A stretch of DNA of 64,000 bases from Vulcanimicrobiota bacterium (GCA_963714015.1 OY970223.1:2272001-2336000); one strand, 5' to 3'. Shown: positions 32,517 to 45,007, counted from the first letter of the stretch. Made by a program: numbers and translations. The notes: a model not told the origin generated them from the sequence alone.

Positions 32517-33684
32517 CGATCGCGGGTATTTCGGCGAATTCGGGGGCAGGTTCGTTCCCGAGGTGTTGATCGCCGCGCTCTCGGAGCTCGAACGTGAAGT
32601 AGAAGTCGCGTTCGATTCGCCGCAGTTTTGGGCCGAATACGAATCCATTCTCCGCGAGTTCGTCGGACGGCCCAGCCCCATCTACAGTGCGGAGCGATAC
32701 GCCGCGGACCTCTCCGGCGTTCGATTTGTAATAAAACGCGAAGACCTGAATCACACGGGCGCGCATAAAATCAACAACACGGTCGGTCAAGCATTGCTTG
32801 CGCGGCGAATGGGCAAGACGCACCTAATCGCGGAAACCGGCGCCGGACAGCATGGAGTCGCAACGGCAACGGTCGGCGCAAAGTTCGGAATTCCGGTCGA
32901 CGTCTACATGGGGACGCTCGACGTGGAGCGTCAGGCGCTGAACGTCTACATCATGAAGTTGCTCGGCGCGGCCGTTCATCCGGTGGCCGGAGGAACGCAG
33001 ACGCTAAAGGATGCGACGAATGAAGCGTTCCGGCAATGGGCGGCTCGCGTGGACGACACGTTTTACGTCATCGGGAGCGTGGTCGGTGCGCATCCGTACC
33101 CGTACATGGTGCGCGAGTTCCAGAAAGTCATCGGCGTGGAATCCCGGCGGCAGTGTCTGGAGCGCTTCGGCTGCCTCCCGACCGATGTCGTCGCTTGCGT
33201 CGGCGGCGGAAGCAACGCAATGGGAATTTTCGCCGGCTTCATCGACGACCCGGACGTGCGTCTGTGGGGCGTCGAAGCCGCCGGGGAAGGAATTCAAAGC
33301 GGGCGCACCGCGGCAGCGATTACCGCCGGAAGCATCGGCGTGCTTCACGGTTCTCGTTCCTACGTTCTGCAGACTCCGCAAGGGCAAGTCGTAGAGACTC
33401 ATTCGATCAGCGCCGGACTCGATTATCCCGGTGTGGGCCCCGAGCACGCACACCTCAAACACACCGGACGTGCAACGTACGTTCCGGTGACGGACGCGGA
33501 AGCATTGGAGGCGTTCTTCGCTTTTGCCCGCGCCGAAGGAATTATTCCGGCGCTTGAAAGCGCGCACGCGATCGCGTTCGCGCGCCAACTTGCGGCGGAG
33601 CGTACGGCCGACGACCTCATCCTAGTGAACTTGAGCGGGCGCGGCGACAAAGACATCGCCCAAGTCCGCGCATTTGCGGGCTGA
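32506..33684 (+). CDS. trpB: Tryptophan synthase beta chain
   Basis: [47 protein letters not shown]. Confidence 0.98.
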   Translation: MRPDDRGYFGEFGGRFVPEVLIAALSELEREVEVAFDSPQFWAEYESILREFVGRPSPIYSAERYAADLSGVRFVIKREDLNHTGAHKINNTVGQALLARRMGKTHLIAETGAGQHGVATATVGAKFGIPVDVYMGTLDVERQALNVYIMKLLGAAVHPVAGGTQTLKDATNEAFRQWAARVDDTFYVIGSVVGAHPYPYMVREFQKVIGVESRRQCLERFGCLPTDVVACVGGGSNAMGIFAGFIDDPDVRLWGVEAAGEGIQSGRTAAAITAGSIGVLHGSRSYVLQTPQGQVVETHSISAGLDYPGVGPEHAHLKHTGRATYVPVTDAEALEAFFAFARAEGIIPALESAHAIAFARQLAAERTADDLILVNLSGRGDKDIAQVRAFAG

Positions 33685-33686
33685 GA

Positions 33687-34487
33687 TTGCCGAAGCCGCA
33701 AATGGTTGAGGAGATCTTCAAGCCCGGAAAACTTGCCTTCATCCCCTATCTGATGGCCGGCGATCCCGATTTGGAGACGACCGCTCGAGTGATGCGCGCG
33801 TTGGCACGGGCCGGCGCAAATGCGATCGAGCTGGGGATTCCCTACGGAGATCCGCTCGCCGACGGTCCGACAATCGCGGCGGCGGCCGGTCGAGCATTGC
33901 GCCGCGGCGTGGGGATAGCCGAGGTGCTTGATTTGGTTCGCGAGCAGGCTCGAACGTTGCCGCCCATTCTGCTCTTCACCTATTTCAATCCCGTTTACCA
34001 ATACGGAGCCCAAAGATTCGCGCGCGAGGCCGCCGCCGCCGGTGCCGCCGGTGCCATCGTTCCCGACGTCGCGCTGGAGGAGGGCACCGCGCTTCGTGAA
34101 GCACTCGCGGCAGCGAATTTGGCCATGCCGCTGCTGGTAACTCCATCGACGCCTCCCGAACGCGCTGCGCGCATCGCGGCCGAATCGACCGGTTTCGTCT
34201 ACGTTGTTTCGCGTTTAGGCGTTACCGGCGCGGGTTCTGCGCCGGACTTCACGCTGATGCGCGGACAGATTGCCGCGCTGCGTGAGGTTACGAAGAAGCC
34301 TTTAGCCGTCGGGTTCGGCATGAGCTGCGCCGCGCACGTCGACCAAGTGCGGGGTTTGGTCGACGGCATCATCGTCGGAAGCGCCATCATTGACGCCTAC
34401 GCGGGGCGCCGGGGCGAGAATGCTGCAAAGAGCGTCGCGGACTTCGCGGCGTCCCTTCGGATCGATGCAACGAGCGGCGTGTCATGA
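33687..34487 (+). CDS. trpA: Tryptophan synthase alpha chain
   Basis: YLMAGDP, ELGIPYGDPLADGPTI, VSRLGVTG, VGFG. Confidence 0.96.
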   Translation: MPKPQMVEEIFKPGKLAFIPYLMAGDPDLETTARVMRALARAGANAIELGIPYGDPLADGPTIAAAAGRALRRGVGIAEVLDLVREQARTLPPILLFTYFNPVYQYGAQRFAREAAAAGAAGAIVPDVALEEGTALREALAAANLAMPLLVTPSTPPERAARIAAESTGFVYVVSRLGVTGAGSAPDFTLMRGQIAALREVTKKPLAVGFGMSCAAHVDQVRGLVDGIIVGSAIIDAYAGRRGENAAKSVADFAASLRIDATSGVS

Positions 34488-34700
34488 CAAGACCTTCGTC
34501 ATCAGTATCGTGTCCCAGACTCTCACCGTTTTGACGCACGGCGTCGCGTGCATAATACTCGCGACGCTCGAAACCTGCTTTTCGGTAAAGCGCGAGGGCG
34601 GCCGTATTTCCAACTGCGGGGCTCCTCAAGCATGGATGCTGTCTGACGCCCGCTTTCTTTTAGGGCCGGCGCGACGCTTGCCGTAACCCCCCGCCGGAAC
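34482..34700 (-). pseudogene. Degraded GNAT acetyltransferase remnant
   Basis: Fragments in different frames: GGYGKR, GNTAALALYRKAGF, WDTILMTKVLS*. Confidence 0.5.
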
Positions 34701-34784
34701 CATGAGTTAAAATAGAGCGGCGCCCGGCCGGCGCCCACCGTATACCCTCGCTGCAGCGCCGCCTTTTGAACAGGAGAGAATTGA

Positions 34785-36356
34785 TTGAGCACCACGCTTG
34801 AGCGCATTGCGCCCTTCACCAACGAGCCCATCAAGACGTTCGCCGATCCGGCGGACGCTGCGGCGATGCAGGCCGCGCTTGCCTCAGTCAAATCCGGATT
34901 CGGCAAGAAGTATCCGCTGCTCATCGACGGCGAGCGAATAGAGAGCAAGAATCACATCCCCTCAATCAATCCCTCACAGCCCGAGGAAATAGTCGGCGAC
35001 GTGGCTGCGGCCTCCTTGGAGCAGGCAAATCGCGCAATCGAGATCGCTCACGAGCGCTTCGACAGTTGGAAACGCACGACCGCGCAAGAGCGCGCGGATT
35101 TGATCCTGCGGGCCGCAGCGATGATACGCGAGCGCCGGTTCCACTTCAACGCATTGCTCGTGTATGAAGTCGGAAAGAGCTGGGTCGAAGCCGATGCGGA
35201 CACCGCCGAAGCGATCGACTTTCTCGAGTTTTACGCTCGCGAGTCGCTGCGCTACGCCGGCAAACAGCCCGTGACGCCGATACCCGGCGAAGAAAACGAA
35301 CTGCGATACATTCCGCTGGGCGTGGGCGTTGTGATTCCGCCGTGGAACTTTGCGTTCGCAATCATGGCCGGCATGACGTCGGCCGCGGTCGTGACCGGTA
35401 ACACCGTCGTGCTGAAACCCTCCAGTGATTCGGCGGTCATTGCGGCGTGGTTCGTGGATCTGCTGCATGAGGCCGGGTTGCCGCCTGGCGTCGTGAATTT
35501 CGTTCCGGGAAACGGCAGCGTTATCGGCGATGCGATCGTCGAGCACCCGCTCACGCGCTTTATCTCATTCACCGGCAGCAAAGAAGTCGGTCTGCGCGTC
35601 AACGAGCGCGCCGCTAAAACGGCCAAGGGCCAGAAATGGATCAAACGCGTCGTCGCCGAGATGGGCGGCAAGGACTCGATCATCGTCGCAGCCGACGCGG
35701 ACATCGACAAGGCAGTCGACGGCGTTGCAGTCTCGGCGTTCGGATTCCAAGGCCAGAAATGTTCTGCATGTTCTCGCGCAATCGTCGACGAGAGTATCTA
35801 CGACGACTTCCTCGATAAACTCAAAGCGCGCGTGGCGAAGATCACCGTCGGCGATCCTTCGGACAAGTCTAATTACATGGGGCCGGTGATCAACGAGCGC
35901 GCCATGAAAACGATTCAGCAGTACATCGAGACCGGCAAAAAAGAAGGGCGGCTCATCGCCGGAGGAAACCGGACGAACGCGGGCGGCTACTTTCTCGAGC
36001 CGACGGTTATCGCCGACGTCGCGCCGGACGCCGCGATCGCTCAGGAAGAGATTTTCGGGCCGGTGCTGGCCGTCATCAAGGCTCGCGGTTACGATCATGC
36101 CCTTGCAATCGCGAACAACACCGAGTTCGGTTTGACGGGCGCCCTATATTCGGCGGACGAGCAGAAACTCGAACGCGCGAAGGAAGAATTCTTCGTCGGC
36201 AATCTCTATCTGAACCGCAAATGCACAGGCGCCCTGGTGGGCGCAAATCCCTTCGGCGGATTCAACATGTCCGGCACGGACAGCAAAGCGGGCGGCCAGG
36301 ACTATCTGCTGCTCTTCCTTCAGGCGAAATCGATCTCTCGCAAAGTAAAAGCATAA
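34785..36356 (+). CDS. pruA: 1-pyrroline-5-carboxylate (L-glutamate gamma-semialdehyde) dehydrogenase
   Basis: PFTNEP, EADADTAEAIDF, PPWNF, AEMGGK, GQKCSACSR, EEIFGP, NRKCTGA. Confidence 0.92.
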   Translation: MSTTLERIAPFTNEPIKTFADPADAAAMQAALASVKSGFGKKYPLLIDGERIESKNHIPSINPSQPEEIVGDVAAASLEQANRAIEIAHERFDSWKRTTAQERADLILRAAAMIRERRFHFNALLVYEVGKSWVEADADTAEAIDFLEFYARESLRYAGKQPVTPIPGEENELRYIPLGVGVVIPPWNFAFAIMAGMTSAAVVTGNTVVLKPSSDSAVIAAWFVDLLHEAGLPPGVVNFVPGNGSVIGDAIVEHPLTRFISFTGSKEVGLRVNERAAKTAKGQKWIKRVVAEMGGKDSIIVAADADIDKAVDGVAVSAFGFQGQKCSACSRAIVDESIYDDFLDKLKARVAKITVGDPSDKSNYMGPVINERAMKTIQQYIETGKKEGRLIAGGNRTNAGGYFLEPTVIADVAPDAAIAQEEIFGPVLAVIKARGYDHALAIANNTEFGLTGALYSADEQKLERAKEEFFVGNLYLNRKCTGALVGANPFGGFNMSGTDSKAGGQDYLLLFLQAKSISRKVKA

Positions 36357-36363
36357 GCTGCTC

Positions 36364-37533
36364 GTGCAAGAACTGCGCCTGCTGCCCAAGGCGGATCGCC
36401 GCGTCCGCCTCGGGCACGCGTGGATCTTCAGCAACGAAGTCGACATCGCCAAGACGCCGCTCACCGCATTCGAACCAGGTACGCTGACGGTCGTTCGTGA
36501 TGCTTTGGGCAAGCCGGTCGGCACGGCATACGTCAATCCGGGCGCGCTTATTTGTGCGCGCATTCTCACCAGCGATGCCAAAGCGGTCATCGATGCAGCA
36601 TGGTGGACTGCAAGAATTCGTCGCGCGGTCGAGCTACGCGAGCGGCTGTATCCGACGCCGCATTATCGTGCGGTTTACGGCGAGTCCGACGGCTGTCCGG
36701 GGCTGGTCGTGGATCGCTACGGCAGCGTGCTCGTTGCCCAGCTCAACACCGCCGGCATCGTACGGATGCGCGACGACGTCCTGGGAGCACTTCAGGCGGT
36801 GCTTGAACCCTCCGGGATACTCCTCCGCAGTACCGCTTCCGTACGGCAATTTGAAGGTATCGCCGAGTTCGACGAAGCGATCGGCAACGTCCCCGAACTT
36901 GCCGGCGTCGTAGAAGAGAACGCGGAGTTTTCGGCACCGCTGCGCGCGGGACAGAAGACGGGCTATTTTTTCGATCAGCGCGACAACCGCTCGCGCTTAG
37001 CGCGGTATGCACGCGGTGCGAGCGTATTAGACCTCTATTCGTACATCGGCGCCTGGGGCATTCGCGCAGCAAAGTTCGGTGCCGCTTGCGTTACGTGCGT
37101 CGACAGCTCGGCGCCTGCCTTGGAGTACGCTCGCGAAAACGCGCAGCGCAACGGCGTTGCGATCGAAACGCAACAGGCGGACGCGCTGGAGTGCCTCTCG
37201 GCGTTCGCAAATGCGGGGCGGCGTTTCGACGTCGTCGTCGTGGATCCGCCGGCCTTGATCAAGCGGCGCAAGGACATTGCGGCCGGGCAAGGGTTGTACG
37301 AACGGCTCAACCGTCTGGCATTCGCAGTCGTCGAACCCGGCGGACTCCTGATCTCTTGTTCGTGCTCGCACCACCTTACTGCGGAGATGCTGCAGCGCGT
37401 GCTTCTGGGAGCCGCTAAGGACGCGGGCCGCCGTATCCAGATTCTGGAGCGGCATGCTCACGCGCCGGATCATCCCATTCATCCGGCGATGCCGGAAACC
37501 GAGTACCTAAAGGCGTTCTTCGTTCGCGCCTAG
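36364..37533 (+). CDS. RlmI/YccW-like class I SAM-dependent rRNA methyltransferase with PUA domain
   Basis: GHAWIFSNE, GESDGCPGLVVDRY, GQKTGYFFDQRDNR, VVDPP, CSCS, ETEYLK. Confidence 0.88.
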   Translation: MQELRLLPKADRRVRLGHAWIFSNEVDIAKTPLTAFEPGTLTVVRDALGKPVGTAYVNPGALICARILTSDAKAVIDAAWWTARIRRAVELRERLYPTPHYRAVYGESDGCPGLVVDRYGSVLVAQLNTAGIVRMRDDVLGALQAVLEPSGILLRSTASVRQFEGIAEFDEAIGNVPELAGVVEENAEFSAPLRAGQKTGYFFDQRDNRSRLARYARGASVLDLYSYIGAWGIRAAKFGAACVTCVDSSAPALEYARENAQRNGVAIETQQADALECLSAFANAGRRFDVVVVDPPALIKRRKDIAAGQGLYERLNRLAFAVVEPGGLLISCSCSHHLTAEMLQRVLLGAAKDAGRRIQILERHAHAPDHPIHPAMPETEYLKAFFVRA

Positions 37534-37916
37534 TCTTCGCGATAACAGATCTCGAGCTTGTTGCCGTCGGCGTCTTCGAAGAACGTCGCGTAATACCATG
37601 GATACTCGGCGCTATAATTTTCGGGCGGTTCGAACGCCGGCGCGCCTGCTTTGTGCGCTATTGCAGCTAAACGATCGACCTCGTCGCGGCTGCTCGCGCG
37701 GAATGCGATCCGGGAGCGGTCCGGCCGGTGATCGCGATCCAGCATCAAACCGAAGAACGGCCGGGATCGCTGCTTGCCCGGTTCGTGGTAATTGATCTCT
37801 TCGGCGCCGTCTTCGATCAACGTAAAACCTAGGGCCGGCAGCAGCGCATCGTAGAGCGCGCGAACTTTGCGCAAATCGGTTACGCGGAGATCGACGTGAT
37901 CGTACAGCATGTTCAT
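37530..37916 (-). CDS. VOC/glyoxalase family protein
   Basis: DHVDLRVTDL...IAFRA.SR..VD...YYATFFEDADGNKLE. Confidence 0.88.
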   Translation of the reverse strand: MNMLYDHVDLRVTDLRKVRALYDALLPALGFTLIEDGAEEINYHEPGKQRSRPFFGLMLDRDHRPDRSRIAFRASSRDEVDRLAAIAHKAGAPAFEPPENYSAEYPWYYATFFEDADGNKLEICYRED

Positions 37917-38211
37917 TCACCTCGTAGTGCTCGACGTATTCGGGAAATTCCAAGAAAAAGCGCGCGTCCTCCGGATAGTGCATTGCCTTCGCAACCCCCG
38001 CTTCGGCGTCGCCTTCCGGCGCGCCGCGGCGGCGCCGGCCGAATACGGCCTCGCCAAAATTCGCGCAGTCATCACCTCAGAGCAGCCGGCTGAACGGCAG
38101 CGCCAAACCGGCGTCTCGGACGTGCGAGTCGTCCGCGCACCTAACCGGCATCCGCAGGCGCAGCTCGATGTAGTCGAAGACCAGCGGCAGGCAGCGATTG
38201 CTTTGAACCAT
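37910..38211 (-). pseudogene. Possible remnant of an ABM-like (dimeric alpha-beta barrel) protein
   Basis: C-terminal KAMHYPEDARFFLEFPEYVEHYEV resembles this family; upstream part interrupted by a stop. Confidence 0.3.
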
Positions 38212-38297
38212 TTGTAACCTCCTAAAGTAACCTGCAAACATCATATATTGGTTAGGGTAACTTGTCAACAGAGTTTGGTGGTGCTAGACTTGAGGGC

Positions 38298-38858
38298 GTG
38301 AGCGAAAAAGCTCCGGCGGGGCTGGACATGGTTCGGCGGTTTTTGAACACCGTAAGCTTCAGCGGCGGCGGCGATGGCCTGCACGGTCCGGACCGCTTGG
38401 CGGAGTGGTGCGCCGCCGAGGGCCTTCCTTGCGAGGACTCGCAGGAGGCGTTCGATCGCCTGCGGTCTTTTCGGGAGGCGCTGCGGCAAACCGCGTTTGC
38501 GAACGCCGGGCATGGCGACCGCCTGGAAAGCTGGCGACAGATCGAACCTTACGCACGGAGCAGCCGCTTCCGAGTCGCGATCGATCAGGCGGGCAACCCC
38601 AAGCTGGCCGCGGCAGGCGAAGGGATCGATCGGACGGTCGCAAGCGTATTGGCAAGCGTGTACGACGCAGTGCGCAGCGGCGACTGGCAGCGCTTCAAGG
38701 CTTGCCGAGCGGACGATTGCCGTTGGGCATTCTACGATCGATCGAAAAATGGTTCGGGAACGTGGTGCAGTATGGCCGAATGCGGCAACCGTATGAAGGC
38801 CCGCCGTCGCCGGCGGCGCACGTCGAATACGGGTAAAGTCGCATCCGAGCAAGCGTAA
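38298..38858 (+). CDS. CGNR zinc-finger (ABATE-like) protein
   Basis: FLNT...RFKACRADDCRWAFYDRSKNGSGTWCSMAECGNRMK. Confidence 0.9.
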   Translation: MSEKAPAGLDMVRRFLNTVSFSGGGDGLHGPDRLAEWCAAEGLPCEDSQEAFDRLRSFREALRQTAFANAGHGDRLESWRQIEPYARSSRFRVAIDQAGNPKLAAAGEGIDRTVASVLASVYDAVRSGDWQRFKACRADDCRWAFYDRSKNGSGTWCSMAECGNRMKARRRRRRTSNTGKVASEQA

Positions 38859-38878
38859 AAATACTTTCGGATTCGCGC

Positions 38879-38907
38879 TTGACTTCAGTAGATGCCCGCG
38901 GTATGAT
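38879..38907 (+). promoter_or_regulatory. rRNA operon promoter
   Basis: TTGACT, 17 nt, TATGAT. Confidence 0.8.
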
Positions 38908-39007
38908 GCTCGTCGTGACTCTGACGCCTATGCGCAGCGGTGCCGTCCAGAAATGGTATGTCATCCTGAGCGTGTCGAAGGGCGGCCCGATCGGGCCCGG
39001 CGTCGGC

Positions 39008-39039
39008 GTTCGTTCCTTGAAAACTGAACAGTGCAGTAG
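39008..39039 (+). other. 16S processing-stem 5' arm (pairs with ITS ~41190-41220)
   Basis: GTTCGTTCCTTGAAAACTGAACAGTGCAGTA is near-complementary to TACTGCACTGTTCAGCTTTGAGGGAACGAAC. Confidence 0.75.
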
Positions 39040-39323
39040 CGCATAAGTCTGTGGGTCTCTAAATCAGTAGATAGAGGCGCCGAAAGGCGTTTTTTGTTTG
39101 CCGGTTTCTGAGAATTTTGGTTGGATACGCGACGTTCCCGTTCCACCGGGGACTTCGAACGGTCCGACCGTACAAACTTTATGGCTAATTCTTCGTGAAC
39201 CTCAGGATGATCAGGGCGCAAGCCTTGCTCGCCGGCGGTCGCGAGGGGTGGATAGATTCGCAATCTATCCTTATATAGTCAGCGAATATTTGAGAGCCAA
39301 CTAAAGACGGCTCCATAAAATTT

Positions 39324-40832
<1,509 letters not shown>

Positions 40833-42051
40833 AGTACATGCAGTTGGTTCACGCCTAGCGTGAATGCAACTGCGGAGTACATTCTAAGTCGACCACAGAC
40901 GATGCCATCGAAAACGCGACCATGACTTGCCGGCAACGGTAAGGGAAGTCGCGGACCAGGGGTCTACCGAGCATCTCGCTCGTATGGCTGAGGTTCATGG
41001 CCGTTATTGTCATCCGTTGTCGCCCTATGGGTTGTCAAGGGATTACAGTTGACGATGCGCGGCTCTCTTAAAAAGAGGGTTTATCATTTCCGTCCGGCCG
41101 CTCTTGTCTGGTTAGGCCGCTTGAAGCCGTCCTGATGTTCGCATCACAAGGTTCCAAGCAACGACACCAGTCAAGGCGGAGGATCAAGATACTGCACTGT
41201 TCAGCTTTGAGGGAACGAACCTCGCTGCAGTTGACCATTTCGGTGTGTCACTGATTTGCGAAAGTTCCACTCAAGGCCCGATCGAGGCTATCGCTCTCGG
41301 CACGCGTTTTCAAGGAAATCGTGTCCCGAGCGCAAGGCAGTTTTCGGCCGCCGTTTACTTTGGTAAACAAGGTCGAAAACAACGCAGCGATCGGACACGA
41401 GATCCTTGAAAACTGCATAGAGAAGAACTTTCATGTGTCAAACATGAAGCGGCCCGCAGCGGCTTATTTCCGTAATCGCTGTGGGTGCAATTTCAATTTA
41501 TATTGAGAATCAGTCAAAAATTAATAAGAGCACGAGGTGGATACCTTGGCTCCACAGGCGATGAAGGACGTACCAAGCTGCGATAAGCCAGGAGAAGCTG
41601 CTAAGAAGCGAAGATCCCTGGATTTCCGAATGGGGCAACCCCCGAGCCGTCATGGGCTCGGACTCCACGATGAATTCAATAGTCGTGAGAGAGCGCACCC
41701 GGTGAACTGAAACATCTAAGTAGCCGGAGGAATAGACATCAACCGAGATTCCCCTAGTAGTGGCGAGCGAACAGGGAACAGCCTAAACCGCGTATGTGCA
41801 AGCGATCAGGCGTTGCATGCGCGGGGTTGTACGGCAACCATCTCAGCACTGATCTGCTGAGCGCAAGTTACAAAATCGATCGATAGCGGAAGCCGGCTGG
41901 AAAGCCGCACCACAGAAGGTGATAGTCCTGTATGCGAAATCAATCGATCTTGCGGAGTTGTTCGTGAGTAAGGCGGGGCACGGGAAACCCTGTCTGAAGC
42001 TGGGAGGACCATCTTCCAAGGCTAAATATTCTGTGGAGACCGATAGCGCAT

Positions 42052-42084
<33 letters not shown>

Positions 42085-42564
42085 GAGGGGAGTGAAATAG
42101 AACATGAAACCGCGTGCTTACAAACCGTGAAAGCACTATTTTTATATGTGTGATTGCGTGCCTATTGAAGAATGAACCTGCGAGTTACTTGGTACGGGCT
42201 AGGTTAAGGTGTTGAGCCGGAGCCGTAGCGAAAGCGAGTCTGAATAGGGCGCTTTGTCCGTATCAGTAGACCCGAAACCAAGCGATCTATCCATGAGCAG
42301 GGTGAAGCATGATTAACCTCATGTGGAGGCCCGAACCTGTTGTTGTTGAAAAAACATTGGATGACTTGTGGATAGGGGTGAAAAGCCAATCGAGCTTGGA
42401 GATAGCTGGTTCTCCCCGAAATAGTTTGAGGACTAGCGTTACGATTTAACCCTTGGGGGTAGAGCACTGACAGGGCTAGGGGGCTTACCGGCTTACCGAA
42501 CCCCATCAAACTCCGAATACCGAGGCGAACATCGTAGCAGTCAGACGGTGGGGGATAAGCTCCA

Positions 42565-42605
<41 letters not shown>

Positions 42606-43015
42606 TAATATATGCTCAGTGGTAAAGGAAGTCTCGTCGCACAGACAACTAGGAGGTTGGCTTAGAAGCAGCCACCCTTGAAAGAGTGCGTAATCAGCTC
42701 ACTAGTCGAGTGATGGGGCGCCGAAAATGTAACGGGGCTCAAGCATATAACCGAAGCTTTGGGATTATGTCAAACATGATCGGTAGGGGAGCGTTGTAGC
42801 GTAGGCAGAAGGTCGACCGCGAGGACGGCTGGACGAACTACAAGTGCGAATGCAGGTATAAGTAGCGAGAAAAGAGAGTGAGAACCTCTCTCGCCGGAAG
42901 TCTAAGGTTTCCTGAGCAACGTCAATCGTCTCAGGGTGAGTCGGGAGCTAAGCCGAGGCAGAGATGCGTAGGCGATGCACAAGCAGTTCATATTCTGCTA
43001 CCACCGATGACCGTT

Positions 43016-43198
43016 TGATTACTTCCGAACAATGTTAAGTCGTATCGCCTCTTCGTCTTTTGTTAGACGAAGCGGCTCTTGATTTTCTCTCGAGCGCTAT
43101 GCCGGCGCCGGCGCCGCAATCTACTGGATTGCAAGCCGATCGACGGCGACGCGATCGAAGAAAACCAAAGACGGCTTACCATCGTTCGTAGGTAATCA
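43016..43198 (+). other. ~183-nt intervening sequence / expansion segment in 23S domain III (near E. coli ~1415-1420)
   Basis: 28-bp imperfect closing stem 43016-43043 / 43171-43198 enclosing several hairpins, between canonical flanks. Confidence 0.8.
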
Positions 43199-43711
43199 TG
43201 AATCGAAGGGATGACGGAGGAAGATATGCCAGCGCACCGATGGATGCGTGCGTTTAAGCTGGTAGGGGGTCACGTAGGCAAATCCGCGTGGCTAACCCCG
43301 AGAAGCGAATACGAGGATCTTCGGATCTGAAGTGGCAGACTCTACGCTTCCAAGAAAAGTCTCTAGATAGGATCATAGGTGCCCGTACCGTACACCGACA
43401 CAGGTAGACTGGCAGAGCATGCTAAGGCGACGGGAGAACCCCTGTTAAGGAACTCGGCAAATTGACCCCGTAACTTAGGGAGAAGGGGTGCCTTCTTCGG
43501 TCTAGTTTTTACAACGAAAGCTGAGGGAGGTCGCAGAAAATAGGTCCAAGCGACTGTTTAACAAAAACACAGGTCTCTGCGAACGCGAAAGCGGACGTAT
43601 AGGGGCTGACTCCTGCCCGGTGCTGGAAGGTTAAAGGGAGAGGTTAGCGCAAGCGAAGCTTTGATCTGAAGCCCCAGTAAACGGCGGCGGTAACTATAAC
43701 CGTCCTAAGGT

Positions 43712-44019
43712 AACAACTTTATCGTTGCCTCATCGCGCGGTAACGCGCGAACGAAAACATCACTATATGCGGGAACATCCTTAGAGCCCGGCCTACTCAT
43801 CGGCGACTCTAGCACCATCGTGGTGCGTCGCCGGAAGTAAAAATGGTCCGGGATTGGACAATCCGCAGGAAACCTTACGGTCGTAAGGGATCCTCAGAGA
43901 CTACACGTGATGCTCCGGCTTTTCAAAAAACTGCAGACGCGTATGCGCTGCGGGATTTTGTCTAGGTTGCCGGATGAAGATATAGTCCACTCTTGCGTGA
44001 AAGCGCCGGAAAAAAAGTG
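43712..44019 (+). ncRNA. Group I intron at 23S position L1931, 308 nt, no ORF
   Basis: Interrupts CCTAAGGT|AGCGAAATTCC; P1 with U.G, P3 CATCAC/GTGATG, P4 TGCGGG/TCCGCA, P7 GACTA/TAGTC, terminal G. Confidence 0.93.
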
Positions 44020-44061
<42 letters not shown>

Positions 44062-44317
44062 AGTAACGACTTGGACACTGTCTCAATGGGGGGCCCGGCG
44101 AAATTGCAGTACCAGTGAAGATGCTGGTTACCCGCGGCAGGACGGAAAGACCCCATGAAGCTTTACTGTACCCTGATGTTGGGGTCTGAGATTTTCTGTA
44201 CAGGATAGGTGGGAGGCGATGATCTGTGGGCGCTAACTCACAGGGAGCCAACCTTGGGATACCACCCTGAAAATCTTGGGCTTCTAACTAGCTGCCGTAA
44301 TCCGGTAGTAGGACAGC

Positions 44318-44387
<70 letters not shown>

Positions 44388-44590
44388 AACGGTCAGAAAC
44401 CGTTCGTTTAGAGTGCATAGGCAAAAGGGAGCTTGACTGCGAGACGGACAGGTCGAGCAGGTGCGAAAGCAGGGCTAAGTGATCCGGCGGTACCGAATGG
44501 AAGGGCCGTCGCTTATCGGATAAAAGCTACTCTGGGGATAACAGGCTTATCTCCCCCAAGAGTCCACATCGACGGGGAGGTTTGGCACCT

Positions 44591-44880
44591 CAACATCAGG
44601 GGTGTTGCGCTGGAAACAGCGGCAAAAGTTCCGGCTTATAACGGTGAACTCCAATCGGTCTAGGACTGGACCGAGGACAATACCGTGGGAAGTCCACGCG
44701 AGAGCGATCTGCGTGTGACCCCGTAACGACTGATTCGTTCGCAAGAACGATGAGATAGTGACTGCTGCGCGATGCGTCGCGCAAATTTATCAGCGCTATC
44801 AGACGCCGGCCCTTAACTCGAGAATCGCTCGAGAAAGGTGAAGATATAGTCTGCGCCATCGGGAACGATGGAATTACGCG
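44591..44880 (+). ncRNA. Group I intron at 23S position L2500, 290 nt, no ORF
   Basis: Interrupts GGCACCT|CGATGTCGG; IGS GGGTGT, P10 ACATC/GATGT, P7 GACTG/TAGTC, AAGATATAGTC S element, terminal G. Confidence 0.92.
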
Positions 44881-44913
44881 CGATGTCGGATCGTCGCATC
44901 CTGGGGCTGTAGT

Positions 44914-44950
<37 letters not shown>

Positions 44951-44958
44951 TACGCGAT

Positions 44959-45007
<49 letters not shown>

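Noticed and set aside
36364..37533. Functional link between the RlmI-like methyltransferase and the nearby 23S introns
   Set aside because: Only proximity supports it; the gene appears co-transcribed with pruA
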